From: Malacoraja senta
Lineage: Eukaryota
DNA: 60,000 nucleotides
Reading direction: 5' to 3'
Assembly (NCBI GenBank): GCA_038087875.1
Contig: CM075996.1
Span: 7,566,001 to 7,626,000 of the forward strand
The notes below the pieces were generated by a model, which saw only the letters and a list, made by a program, of their open reading frames with translations, was not told where the DNA came from and searched no databases. Positions 11,266 through 39,199 of the stretch are shown in pieces (the stretch's first letter is position 1; the number at the start of each line of letters is the position of its first letter). A program made the position numbers and the translations under genes.

Positions 11266-12589
11266 TTTGGGGTCATTTCAAGTGGCCGATTGGAGTTGCT
11301 GCCTTACATCGCCAGAGACCCGGGTTTAATCCTGACTATGGGAGCTGTCTGTATGGAGTTTGTACGTTCTCCCCGTGACCACTAGGGTTGCTCTGGTTTC
11401 CTCCCACATTGCATAGATGCGCAGGTATGTAGGTTAATTGCCTTCTGTAAATTGTCCCCAGTGAGTAGGATAGAACTATTGTACAGGTGATAGCCTGTTG
11501 GCGTGGACTCGGTGGGCCGAAGGGCCTGTTTCTACGTTGTATCTCTGAAGTAAACTAAACCTGCTAACCCACGTGTCTTTGGTATGTGGGAAGGAATCCA
11601 GGTGCAGAACAAGTTCCATCACCTGTGGTGTGGGTTGAACCCAGGTATCTGGCACTGCGGGGCATTGGTATAGCCGGGTGATCGCCAACAAGCACTGTGC
11701 TGGCCTGCTGTTAGGTGTGACCAATGAAACAGAACATGCTGAAAACATTCCGATCAGGCAGCATCTGTGGAAATGGGAAATGATCATTTCAGATCTTCCA
11801 GCATCCTCCCTCCATCTGCTTTCATTTCTAAATATTTTTCCTTCTCTGTTTCCATCTATTCCTCACCAGCCTCTGTCTCCAAGACCCTCCATTCACCCAT
11901 CACCCCCCACCCCATCGTGTTCCACCTCCCAACCCCTCTCACTTTCATCTGCTGGCTGTCTTCCCTCAAAACACTGACGACAAGCAGGATCACAACCCGA
12001 AACGTCGCTGCCAAGGATGCTGCTTGACCCACCGGGTTCCTCCAGCAATTTACTTCTTGTTCCATCGTCTACAGTTTGATTTTTATATTCCAGTTGAAAT
12101 ACATATTGGTAAGGAAACAAGGAGAAGACTTGGAATAGCCTGCTACTGGATAATTTAGTTTAATTTAGTTTATTATCACGTGTACTGAGGTACAGTGAAA
12201 AGCATTTTTTTTGCTTGGTATCGAGTCAGCGGAAAGACTATCATGACTACAATCGAGTCATCCAAAGTGTATAGATAAAAGATAAAGGGAATAAAGTTTA
12301 GTACAAGGTAAAGTCCGAATAACGGTAGTCCAAAGGTCTCCAATGAGGTAGATAGTAGCCCAAGACTGTTCTCAGTTGTTTCTCTCTAGGATGTTATCCT
12401 TGCAGATGAAATCTCTGATTCAATTTAAAGTCAGCAGCAAGAGTGAGACTTGAGCTAACGCCTGTGATGGTGATCTATGGAACTGGGAATTAAAGCAATG
12501 ACTAATGTAGGAATCTGAGTCCGGGATGCAACACAGCAAATCGCAGCTGATATGATAGAGTAGTTAATGCTAAGAGATGACTACAAAAA

Positions 12590-12832
12590 GTAGTAAACAC
12601 TGCCCAGTTCATCATCGGCTCTGACCTCCCTTCCATCGAGGGGATCTATTGCAGTCGCTGCCTCAAAAAGGCTGGCAGCATCATCAAGGACCCACACCAT
12701 CCTGGCCACACACTCATCTCCCCGCTACCTTCAGGTAGAAGGTACAGGAGCTTGAAGACTGCAACAACCAGGTTCAGGAATAGTTGCTTCCCCACAGCCA
12801 TCAGGCTATTAAACTCGGCTCGGACAAAAATA
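12590..12832 (+). mobile_element. Rex1/Babar-like LINE 3' fragment
   Basis: Near-identical to 47584-47833. Confidence 0.65.
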
Positions 12833-14840
12833 AACAAAAGATGAAGCGTACAAATTAGCCAGAAAAAGCAGCCTACCAGAGGACTGGGAGAAATTCAGAG
12901 TCCAGCAGAGGAGGACAAAGGGCTTAATTAGGAAAGGGAAAATAGATTATGAAAGGAAACTGGCAGGGAACATAAAAACTGACTGCAAAAGCTTTTATAG
13001 ATATGTGAAGAAAAAAAGATTAGTTAAAACAAATGTATGTCCCTTGCAGTCAGAAACAGGTGAATTGATCATGGGGAACAAGGACATGGCAGACCAATTG
13101 AATAACTACTTTGGTTCTGTCTTCACTAAGGAAGACATAAATAATCTGCTGGAAATAGCAGGGGACCGGGGGTCAAATGAGATGGAGGAACTGAGTGAAA
13201 TCCAGATTAGCCGGGAAGTGGTGTTAGGTAAATTGAATGGATTAAAGGCCGATAAATCCCCAGGGCCAGATAGGCTGCATCCCAGAGTACTTAAGGAAGT
13301 AGCCCCAGAAATAGTGGATGCATTAGTGATAATTTTTCAAAACTCTTTAGATTCTGGAGTAGTTCCTGAGGATTGGAGGGTAGCTAATGTAACCCCACTT
13401 TTTAAAAAGGGAGGGAGAGGGAAAACGGTGAATTACAGACCAGTTAGTCTAACGTCGGTAGTGGGGAAACTGCTAGAATCAGTTATTAAAGATTGGATAG
13501 CAGCACATTTGGAAAGTGGTGAAATCATTGGACAAAGTCAGCATGGATTTATGAAAGGTAAATCATGTCTGACGAATCTTATAGAATTTTTCGAGGATGT
13601 AACTAGTAGAGTGGATAAGGGAGAACCAGTGGATGTGTTATATCTGGACTTTCAGAAGGCTTTCGACAAGGTCCCACATAAGAGATTAGTATACAAACTT
13701 AAAGCACACGGTATTGGGGGTTCAGTATTGATATGGATAGAGAACTGGCTGGCAGACAGGAAGCAAAGAGTAGGAGTAAACGGGTACTTTTCAGAATGGC
13801 AGGCAGTGACTAGTGGGGTACCGCAAGGCTCAGTGCTGGGACCCCAGCTATTTACGATATATATTAATGATTTGGACGAGGGAATTGAATGCAACATCTC
13901 CAAGTTTGTGGATGACATGAAGCTGGGGGGCAGTGTTAGCTGTGAGGAGGATGCTCTGAGGCTGCAAGGTGACTTGGATAGGCTGGGTGAGTGGGCAAAT
14001 GCATGGCAGATGCAGTATAATGTGGATAAATGTGAGGTTATCCACTTTGGTGGCAAAAACAGGAAAGTAGACTATTATCTGAATGGTGGCCGATTAGGAA
14101 AAGGGGAGATGCAACGAGACCTTGGTGTCATGGTACACCAGTCATTAAAAGTAGGCATGCAGGTGCAGCAGGCAGTGAAGAAGGCAAATGGTATGTTAGC
14201 ATTCATAGCAAAAGGATTTGAGTATAGGAGCAGGGAGGTTCTACTGCAGTTGTACAGGGTCTTGGTGAGACCACACCTGGAGTATTGTGTACAGTTTTGG
14301 TCTCCTAATCTGAGGAAAGACATTCTTGCCATAGAGGGAGTACAGAGAAGGTTCACCAGACTGATTCCTGGGATGTCAGGACTTTCATATGAAGAAAGAC
14401 TGGATAGACTCGGTTTGTACTCGCTAGAATTTAGAAGATTGAGGGGGGATCTTATAGAAACGTACAAAATTCTTAAGGGGTTGGACAGGCTAGATGCAGG
14501 AAGATTGTTCCCGATGTTGGGGAAGTCCAGAACAAGGGGTCACAGTTTAAAGATAAGGGGGAAATCTTTTAGGACCGAGATGAGGAAAACATTTTTCACA
14601 CAGAGAGTGGTGAATCTGTGGAATTCTCTGCCACAGAAGGTAGTTGAGGCCAGTTCATTGGCTATATTTAAGAGGGAGTTCGATGTGGCCCTTGTGGCTA
14701 AAGGGATCAAGGGGTATGGAGAGAAAGCAGGTACAGGATACTGAGTTGGATGATCAGCCATGATCATATCGAATGGCGGTGCAGGCTCGAAGGGCCGAAT
14801 GGCCTACTCCTGCACCTATTTTCCATGTTTCTATGTTTCT
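12833..14840 (+). mobile_element. CR1 LINE, 5'-truncated, RT reading frame open
   Basis: ORF 13005..14744 (579 aa): KSPGPD, YRPVSLTS, QHGF, DFQKAFD, GVPQGSVLGP, FVDD; (TTTCTATG)-type tail. Confidence 0.95.
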
Positions 14841-15020
14841 ATTCTACCCATCCGAAGAAGGATCCCGGCCCGCAACATTGCCTATTCATGTTCTCCTGAG
14901 TGGCTGCCTGACCCGCTGAGCTACTCCAGCACTTTGTGTCTTCTACTCTATACTCCCCCCCCCCTCAGATGCTGTCCAGCCTGCTGAGTTCTTCCAGCAC
15001 TTCCAGCTTTCAGTCAAGGT

Positions 15021-15451
15021 TAGGGTTGCCAACTGTCCCGTATTTGCCGGGACCTCCCATATATTGGGCTAAATTGATTTGTCCCATACGGGACCGCCCG
15101 TGTCCTATATTTGGCTGCTACTTCACTGTAATCACCAGAGGGCACGCTTACAGACAGATCCTAGATCTGATACAACAGCGTGCGTATGTGTTGCATGGGC
15201 TGTTGATGCCTTGCACTAGTGATTCACCTGTCATCCAATCACAGGTCCCCTTATGCACATCAGTTGAACACTATATTTTGCCCATCTCTGTAACCCCCTC
15301 CCACTCAATGTCCTCTCCCCTCCCCCTCAGTCCCCTCCTCCTCCCCCTCAATCTCCTTTCCCCCCTCAATGTCCCCCACCAGTCCCTTACATGCCCTGTC
15401 TACACCCACCGTTTTGTCCCTTATTTGGGAGTGAGAAAGTTGGCAACCCCA
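15021..15451. mobile_element. hAT-type MITE
   Basis: TIRs TAGGGTTGCCAACT / AGTTGGCAACCCCA; 8-bp TSD GTCAAGGT (15013-15020) / GTCAAGAT (15452-15459). Confidence 0.85.
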
Positions 15452-16041
15452 GTCAAGATGAGTGTTATGAATCAAATGAAAATGACACATTTTGAAACCC
15501 ATCTTTCCATTTCTGCCGTGTGCAGTGTATGGGGTTTTATGCATTACATCCCAGTGGTGAAGACAGGATGAGAGAGTTGGAGCTGAGCCTCCAGCCCCTG
15601 GCTCTGGCTCCCACGTGCAGAGAGGCACAGGATCCTCCGACCGGCCCCACGTGTGGATGTGCACTGCTTCCTGCCGGCCGCCACCGGCCAATCACACTCC
15701 GCCCGGGGGGCGGTGCCCTTCCACGTCCCGCCTCCCTTTGGCTGATAGACAGCGCAACTGTCCAATCAACGTATACTACACCGAGAGAAACGCCCCTACC
15801 GCTCGCCAAACGAATGGACAGGTGCCTTTGTCTAGATGGACGTGTGGATGAACCAATCGTTGCTCTCGACGCCGCTGCGAACGGGGGCGCTGTTCGTGAC
15901 GTACACGCGACTGGCACCTAGTTTGTCCAATGATATCAGAGCCGACTGGACAGACGGCCAATCGGGATTGAGTAGGGGCGGGACCACGTTTCTCTCCCGG
16001 TATAAAAGGCGGGGCGAACATGACGGCACTTCTTTCACAAG

Positions 16042-29076
<13,035 letters not shown>

Positions 29077-32000
29077 ATCGGCCTCCGCCCACCACTCCTG
29101 ACATACGCACCGTCCACATCGCACCATTTGCAGGCTGGATTGCGACTACTGTAGTATCCGATATGTAGATAATCTTGTTTTCAAAGGAAGCTGTTATTTG
29201 GTTGTGCGACTGACAGTTTTTCTCTGAATCGGTTGACATCCATCAGCATGGTAACTGCTGTGGGGTGGTGGGAGAAAGAGAGGGCACCGAGAATAATAGT
29301 TGCCACTTGAGTTACTATGGAACCATTCTTACGCTGCTTTACTGTTTTTGTTTGCTTTTCAAACAGAAACATTTTAATGCAAATTCCTGATCTGATTTTT
29401 TTTTTGGGGGGGGGGGGCAGTGGTTAAGATTAGGTCTAGGTTATCCCATGGACAGCTGTGATTTGTTTTTGTTGGGGGGGAGGAAATGGTATTTTAGATT
29501 TCTGCAAGTGGATCTAAATTCCCACATACTCTTTTGGTAACTTGTTTGGGACCTTGTTACTGTTTGAGGAATGATTGTCATCTCTGGCAGAGTGCATCTT
29601 AAAATACAGTTGTGTTAAAATGGATGTTACTGCAGAAGCTGTCGAGAGAGAGGGAGGGAGGGGGAGGGGGAGTCGAGGTGTAAACTGAGATTTCAAACAA
29701 ACTCCATTTGGGCAAATGCAGTTGGCTTGAAGAAGATGTTCTTGGTATTTGTTAGTCATTTTCCAAATGTGTTTCCAGTGTTGGAAACCAGAGGCATAAC
29801 TACAAATTCTGTTGTGCCTTTTCTCTCTCATTTTTGTAAGAGTGTCTTGTGTTTCCAAACACATCTTGTGTTTAGAAACATTCGACTTGCTACAAGGCAC
29901 TTGATCATTAACTTGGGCATCATGTCCTGAGATTTATGATTGAGCAGCTGCTGATTTCCTATTCCCTCTGATAAGTTGCCTCTGTCCCCATTTAAAAGTA
30001 GCGTGGCGTAACTAAATTTATTTTTAAAGTCTTGAAATAATGAATTTTCCCAATGACTCGCCCGTCCATTTAACATTCTGAAAGTCCCCCGCCTTTTTAT
30101 GACCGGAACTTTAGATTTTGGTGTATCCCAAGGAATTGCCTCTTAACCTTTCAGCAGTAGTTTGGTGACTCGAGTCTATTGCGACATGTCCATGTACCTC
30201 CTGTTCATTTATCCTCTGCAAAAAGCTTTTTGTAAATTCCTCCCTTGCACGTCAGCCCTCCAGGTCTGAATGTGTGGGTTGTAGGTTTACGACAGACTCC
30301 GTGTCTTGCAAATGGCAAGAGTTAAGTGTTACTGTGAAACATGCCACAGCCAAGCTAAAGGCTTCATAATCATAACTACCATAGCAACTTGCTTCATTGG
30401 GATTTGTGGTTCTAGAAAATTGGATCACCTGTTCTGAGGCTTGGGGAGAGGGAAGAATATTTTGAAGCTGCTTTGAGCTGTGATGTTATATTTTAAATAA
30501 TTCCTGTTGGTGGTAACCTTAGCTACTTGTAAAAAAAAATTCCACTAGCAGAAAACATGTTTAAAAACCAGAACGGAAATGGTTCCCTCCTTTCTCCCAG
30601 CACCCCAGAGGAAAAAAAAATCAGCTCCCTTTATCCCCACAGCTAAAGCTTACATGTGTTAGGCTGGTCACGGTTGTAGCAGGTGGGAGTTTAATAAGTC
30701 ACCCTTGAGGTGATTCCAGCATACATTGACAATTGTAACCTGGTGATTAAAAAAATATATAATTTCATGAAAACATTATGCTCCTATGATTCCTTCTGTA
30801 ACCAGGATCTCACTACTATCAGGGTAGATTGTAAGCAGGGTTGTAGAAAGCATTTGAGTCAGGCCGGAGGGAAATGGGTTGTGCACAGAGGCCACAATAT
30901 GATTCGTTCTCTCAGCCGGAGAAGGAATGTGTCGTGCCCCACTCCCTTGGCTTTTTCATTTCATTATCATTTCACCATAAACCAGTCTCAATTGCTGCAG
31001 CATTTGGTTAGAGAAATTGGTTTTGTTATTTTGGCAAGTTATTGAGACAAGTATTTGGCTTAAAACACTAATGTTTCTCACCACCACTCCCCCCCACCAC
31101 ACACACACACACACCTTTCCAATTGGCCTCTACTGTTTCACCAGCCAGCCTTGAATGTGGATGTCATTCATGATAGATGATTCCTCACCCAACCCTCCAT
31201 TTAATGCATGCAGACTAAAATCCATTACCTTTGCAGCAGGTGCTTTGAGAGTGTGACCAATGTTGACAAGCACTCCAGCTTGTAGTGACAAACATCCAGT
31301 TTTGCTCACCTGCATCTACTCTATCTGAACCAGAGCCCTGCTGATTTATACCTTTCACCCTGTTACTTCAAGTGGCTCAAGCTAAATGTTCACACAACCC
31401 CCCCCCTTCCCCACACTGCTTTCACTGATGAGAAGATGCCTGTGACTATTGTGCAGGGGAGGATGGGATTGGGGGGGGCCGAGGTGATGATGTTAATTGG
31501 CACTGGGTGACCACATTTTTCAGTGCAAGCCTGACCTGTTAAGTCTGCTCCACAGGTCTGAATGTGAAACTAGAAACCACTCCGAATCTTGAGTGCTGCC
31601 TTGCTGTAGGCTTTCTTGATGTGTGGATATTGTGTTTTGGATATGGACAACATGATATCCAAAGGCTATAACCCAGCTTTGGATTGACTGCCAGGAGTGC
31701 TGCTCAGGCACAGTGCTAACCAAGGCATTGTTCATGGAGTCATCTGCAGTGGGATGCTGGCAGCTTTAATTACTGGGGTGCAATTGCATGACCAGTGTTA
31801 ACTGAGCCAAGACCAGGGTTGTTTAGTGGGCTACTGTGATAACTCCACGAATTGCCTGTGATTCCTTCTGAGAACAGGATTAACAGGATAGATTGGAATT
31901 GGGGTTGTAGTATCTGGAGGTAGTTGAGTTTGGCCTGAGACCAGAGCAATGGGTTGTGCACTGAATCTACAATATGGTTAGGGTTCCTTTTTAACTGGGA

Positions 32001-32218
32001 GAAGGAATGTCATTCTCAACTCCCTAAGCTTCATAGGGGCAGTTGCATTTCCAAAGCTACGTTGCAGTCATGACATGTACCTGAAATCTTTTTAAGTATT
32101 AGTGCATTGGGACTGTCATGTTGGTCTTTTAAAAACCCCAAAGTACTGACTGGCAAACATTGTGGCTGTGTAGTAAATTATGTTTTTGTTTTTTTTATAT
32201 ATGGTGACATTCATTGAG

Positions 32219-32224
32219 AATAAA
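32219..32224 (+). terminator. Probable PRMT1 poly(A) signal
   Basis: First AATAAA I found after the stop; followed by U-rich sequence; TEs resume ~90 nt later. Confidence 0.6.
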
Positions 32225-33583
32225 AATTTGACTTTACCTTCTTTTGAGTCTTTCTTCCTTTGTTATCATGAGACACGTAGTGAAGCTCCTCCCTGGGTTA
32301 TAAATGCCTGCCTTTAGTTTGGAGATACGGCTTGGAAACGGGCCCTTTGGCCCACTGAGTCCATGCTGACCATCGATCACTCGTTCATACTAGTTCTGTT
32401 ATATCCCACTTCCATTTCTTACGCACTAGGGGCGATTTACAGAGGCCAATTAACCTACCAACCTGCGTGTCTGGGACATGGGAGGAAACCCATGTGATCA
32501 AAGGCAATGTGCAAACTCCCCACAGGCCTGAAGCTGGGTCGCTGGCATTGAGGCAGCAGCTCTACAAGCTACACCACTGCTGCCCAAAACATCCGTATAG
32601 TCTACACGTAACAAGTGTTTGGGAGCCTGGTGAAATGGCAGGGAGAAGATTGGCTTGCTGCTGTGGTCTTGCAGATAAATAAAGAATAAATACAATCATC
32701 CCTTTTTTTGCACCACAGTGACTACTGGCAAACTGATCTACAGCAACAACTGGCATGAAATGGACAGGGAACTGTCTCAAGAAGCTGATCTATTTGTTCA
32801 GTGTCAGTGGTTAACTATACTCAATTCTATACATTGAGGGTAAGACACAGGAGGAAACCCGTATAGACAGTGCTGATGAACAGGATTGAACCCAAGATTT
32901 TGATATATTTTGGTAATCCTCCAGATATCTGCTGGGTGGAAGGGAGGGAGGGGGCTTCTGTGTGCCTTTTCTTCCGAACTGCAGCTATAGGCAGCTCGGT
33001 CTAGCAGAGCTGGGAGCACTAGTACTTGCTCGCTGTCAATGAGGATGGTTGGCGACAGCTCTTCCTGTGCCTACTTGCTCTCCCCATCAGTGGTTTGTCA
33101 GATCCTCTCCCACATGATTTTTGTTCATTTCTTACTCACAAACCATTTGAGTTATGAACATTTCTCAGGGACAAAGACAGGACATTTAACAGAAGCTAGT
33201 TGTAAAGTTAAGTGTCTCCACAGATTCACCTGAATATTCGCAGCCCTTCATTCCTGATGAACCTGTCAGAGATGTTCTACACAACAATCATCTGATCACA
33301 GTTCTCCCCACTCAAATAGGACGTTGGAGACAATGGACTGCTTTGTTTACAATTTTTTAAATGGCAAATGTAGATTGTGGAAAATTAAAATAGCCACTGA
33401 ACAGAAAAAGTGGCATAGCTAGTCGACTGCTTCAATAACAGCTTCAAAAACCTGGGTTCAATGCTGTTCATTGGCGTCTATGAGTTTCCTCTGGGTGCTC
33501 TGGTTTCCTCCTGTGTCTTGCCTTCAATGTATGGAATTGAGTATAGTTGACAACCACTTACACTGAACAAATAACTTTCTTGA

Positions 33584-33811
33584 AGATAGGCAAAAAGGCA
33601 GCATCCTTGGCGAGAAGGAATAGGTGATGTTTTGGGTCGAGACCCTTCTTCAGACTAGTTGGGGATATGGGAAACAAGAGATATAGACGATGATGCAGAG
33701 ACCCAAAACACCCATTCCTTCTCGCCAGAGATGCCGCCTGTCCCGCTGAGTTACTCCAGCTTTTTGTGTCCATCTTTGGTTTAAACCGGCATCTGCAGTT
33801 CCTTCCTACAC
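33584..33811. mobile_element. Penelope-derived insertion with 13-bp TSD
   Basis: ATAACTTTCTTGA at 33571-33583 and 33812-33824 flanks an inverted PLE repeat pair. Confidence 0.75.
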
Positions 33812-35458
33812 ATAACTTTCTTGAGACATACATGTCCTGTCCATTTCATGCCAGTTGCTTTGGATCAGTTTGCTAGTATGTTTATTGCAGTGCAAAAAAA
33901 GGGGTTGTCTGGTTGAGCATTTATTCATTTAGGCTGATGATAAATTGATACATGCTCAAGGGATGGTATGTGTGATGTAGCTCAGCATCACTGCCTTTTT
34001 GTTTGATATCCTTAAGGTGGAGATGGACAAATTCTTGATTAGATGTAGGACAACTTGTTCTATTTGATCTTATTTGATTGTGCACACCTGGTTGGTTGCA
34101 TTCATCGAAACAGGGTGGACCACGTGAAGGTTGCAATCTTCCACCCCATTGAATGGTTGAGTAGACTTAATGGGCTGAATTCTGCTCCTATCAACTTTGG
34201 AGAGGAAAGGTATGAATTAAAGTGCCGTGAGTGCAAAATCTGGACCATCTACTAGTTTGGACTACTGGAGTTGCCAAGGAAGACATGGCCCCTCTCCTGG
34301 CTCAGTCTGCCTAGTTCATGCTTGTCTGTGTGCTGGACTTGAAAGGACTGCTAGATCTGGTTTCTGTATCCTGCAGCCTGTTCAACTGTGACTAAATCAC
34401 GACCTTGTCTAACAGAACTTTCAAACATTCCAGCTTCAATTCCAATCGACTGTGTAGGAGGAATTAGCACCCAAATTCATCCCAGTGAGTTGGGAAAAAG
34501 CTTGATTATTTATGGTTTGGTGGTGGCTGGTATCAGAACTGACCAGGAATTATCAGGCTTTTGTAATTTTGCACTTGTGATCAAAATTTAAGGGTGGTAA
34601 CCCTGATATTCCTTAAACTGGGTAACAATGTTATATTACTGCGTGGAATAGTGACACATTATTCAAAGTATAATGACATTGCAACCTAGTTTCAGGAATA
34701 GCAGGGTTACTACACTTAAATTTTAAATTACAAGTCAAAATCACATTCCATATGACTTGTGTAAATGTCCTCACTGTAAAAAAGTGCAGTGAGGACATTT
34801 ACACAAGTCAAATGAAATGTATACATAATGAAATATCAAATCTTGTTTCTAGACATCAAAGGGTGGAGAGAAAGTTAACGTCAGGTTGGTACTGAAGCAT
34901 TATTTACCCAAATTATTCACATTCCTCGAATGCTGCCTAACCCAAGTAGTTACAGCACTTTGTTTTGGTGTAATTGAAAGTGGCAACCTCTTCATTAGCA
35001 AAGTCTTACACAATAATTAACTTTGACACAAAACTGGCTTTGTCACTAAGGCAAAGACTTGTGCAGGATAATGCCCAGACACTCATGCTGTGAAGGTACA
35101 GGACAACACATGCACTGGCTTGGTCCTCCTTGTCATTTCTCCAGTGTCGGTTCAAAGTCACCTTGAGAGCAGATAAAACTACAGAATTGAGAATGCTCAC
35201 AGACCTCTACTGTCAGCAGATGTAACGCTCAGTAACTGGAGTGAGAATTACTTCAAAAGTGCAGGTAGGTGTGATCCTGAGCAGCTGACATTTATGGTTC
35301 AGTACACCAAATCAGAGGATGACAAAATGATTACTTTCCAGTCCACTAATCACTGTAAGGGAATAAAGATCTCGTTAAAAAAAAGGGATTGTCTTTTACC
35401 AGCACAGTAGTCAAATAAACTTCTCATTCATAAGCACTGATAATTTAAAATCCCCATT

Positions 35459-35464
35459 TTTATT
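35459..35464 (-). terminator. POLR2L poly(A) signal
   Basis: AATAAA on the minus strand ~130 nt past the stop. Confidence 0.7.
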
Positions 35465-35594
35465 TAAGATACAGTTATGCAAATTGTCTTCTTCCAGACC
35501 ATGTTCTTCAGATCTTCGTGTAGAGTTTGCCTGTCACACCAGCGAGGTTAGTCTAATACTTTGCCATTATCATGATCCACAAGTCAAGGATGGA

Positions 35595-36880
<1,286 letters not shown>

Positions 36881-37694
36881 AGAAACAAGCAACCCACCGT
36901 GAACCACAGGGCCATTCAATTTCATTATGGACCCGTGAGAGACAAGGCTCACTGTCCCTCAGGTGCAGAAAGGTTGGAGCAATTCAACTTTCCACCCACG
37001 GGGCAGTCTCAAATTGTGTAGGAAGGAACGGCAGATGCAAGTTTAAACCGGATAAATAAATGCTGGAGTAACTCAGCGGGTCAGGCAGCATCTCTGGAGA
37101 GAAGGAACAGGTGATGTTTCAGGTCTCGACCCGAAATGTCGCCTATTCCTTTTCTCTAGAGATGCTGCCTCACTCGCTGAGTTACTCCAGCACTTTGTGC
37201 CTACCCTCGGGCAGTCTAAACGTATTGCTTTTCTAGACCCCCAGTGATCTTGATTTTAAATCCAGAATGCTGCATGTGAAATACTTTGTTCAAAGAGGGG
37301 CTGCTATTCCTCAAGCTTGTTAACTGAAAATGCAGGTGGGAGTTTGTGTGTGCGTGGAGGGGTGGGGGTTATAGGGCAAGGGGAAGGAGGAGAAAGACGC
37401 AGCCACGGGAAGTATAGAACAATGGACAGGCAGGCAAGTGACAGTTGAAAAAGTTGTACCAGAAGTAATGGTGTGGAAGATGGTATTATCAGAATAAATT
37501 TAACAGAGAAACGTACGTTAGAAAAATATCTTAATCAGCATCAGAGCATACAAAACCCTAAAGGGTAGGCTTCTGAATAGTCCCTAACACTCTTCAGAGA
37601 TGATAGGTACTGTTAATCTAAACTCCATTCCTGCCAATTCTCCATCATTTAGTGAAGAAATTTATCTCTATCTTTCATATAAAGTACTCATATT

Positions 37695-37975
37695 GAGGGT
37701 GGCACAGCGGTTGAGTTGCTGCCTTACAGCACCAAATACCCTTGTTCGGTCCTGACTACAGGTGCTGCTTGTACAGAGTTTGTACATGCTCTCCGTGACC
37801 TTGTGGAGTTTCTCCAGGTGCTCCAGTTTCCTTCCATATTCCAAAGATGTGCAAGTTTGTGGGTTAATTGGTTTCTCTAAATTATTCCTCATGTGTATGA
37901 TAGAATAGTGATCGGCATGGACTCAGTGGGCAGAAGGGCCTGTTTATGCGCTGTATCTAAACGAAACTAATGTAC
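37695..37975 (+). mobile_element. tRNA-derived SINE (HE1/V-SINE-like)
   Basis: Same family as 1755-2058. Confidence 0.75.
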
Positions 37976-39199
37976 GGCTAAACTAGTAAGCTGGTCGACC
38001 TGTTGGGCCAAAGGGCAACTATGTCGAAACTAGAATCAAATCAGATTATTGAGCTATTCATGATTAAGAAATCCCTTACCTACGTGGAAACAGAACACTG
38101 CAGCAGAGAAACAGCCCCTTCAGCCCACATCTGTGCTAACCACAATGACTGCACATCTGCCTGCACATGGTCCATATCCTTCTAAAGGCAACAGGATAGA
38201 AGTGGATGGCAAAGATGGAAAAAGTCAGTTCAGCCCAACAATAGACAGGTACCGTCTGGCTCGACCCGAAATGTCACCCATTCCTTCTCTCCAAGATGCT
38301 GCCTGTCCCACTGTTACTCCAGCATTTCGTGCCTATTTTCAGGCACTACTCAGCCCTGTGGCTCAACCAGTCCAGCCACTGCTGTCTTTCCTCTACCCCT
38401 CTCTGTATGGCCATAACATTCCAAATACAGCACAGAAAAAGGCTCCTCAGCCCACCTCGTCCCTGCCAACCAAGATGCCCCATCTAAGCTAATCCCATTT
38501 ACCCGCATTTTACCAATATCCTCCTAAACCTTTGCAACTGCTCCGTTTCCACTGTTATCAGGCCACTGAGCATTAACTGGGGTGTAGTCCCAATCTTCCA
38601 ACCTACGTCATTGTGGACCTTGGTCTTTTTATCTTTGCACTACCTGTTATACTTGTGTATGGTTTGATTGTACCCATGTGTTATATGATCTGATAGCACA
38701 CAAAAGCTTTTCACTGTACCTCTGTACACGTGACAATAAACCAATACCATACCTAAGACAGATACAAAAAGCTGGACTGACTCAGTGGGTCAGGCAGCAT
38801 CTCTGGGGGAAAGGAATATGTGAAGTTTCAGGTCGAGCCCCTTCTTCAGACCCAAAATGTCACCTATTCCTTTTCTCCAGAGATGCTGCCTGTCCCACTG
38901 TTACTCCAGCTTTTTGTGTCCGTCTTTGGTTTAAACCAGCATCTGCAGTTCCTTCCTACACACCATACCTGACCAAATGTATTTTGTTGTAGTACCTGCC
39001 ACAACTCTGGCAGCTCGGTTCATACACCCACCACCCACTGTGTGGGAAAAATGCCCCACAGGTTCCTATTAAATCTCCCCTTCCCCCCCCCCCCTAAACC
39101 GATGACCTCTGGTTCCCCAATTCTGGGGAAAATACCTGTGACCTTCTCTCACTAGGCGGTTTAAAAGACACTGGGACAGGTACATGGATTGGCTGGGTT

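Noticed and set aside
31484..31561. C/D-box snoRNA-like GTGATGA...CTGA
   Set aside because: Only ~50 nt to the first D box, in a presumed 3' UTR, no recognisable guide sequence.
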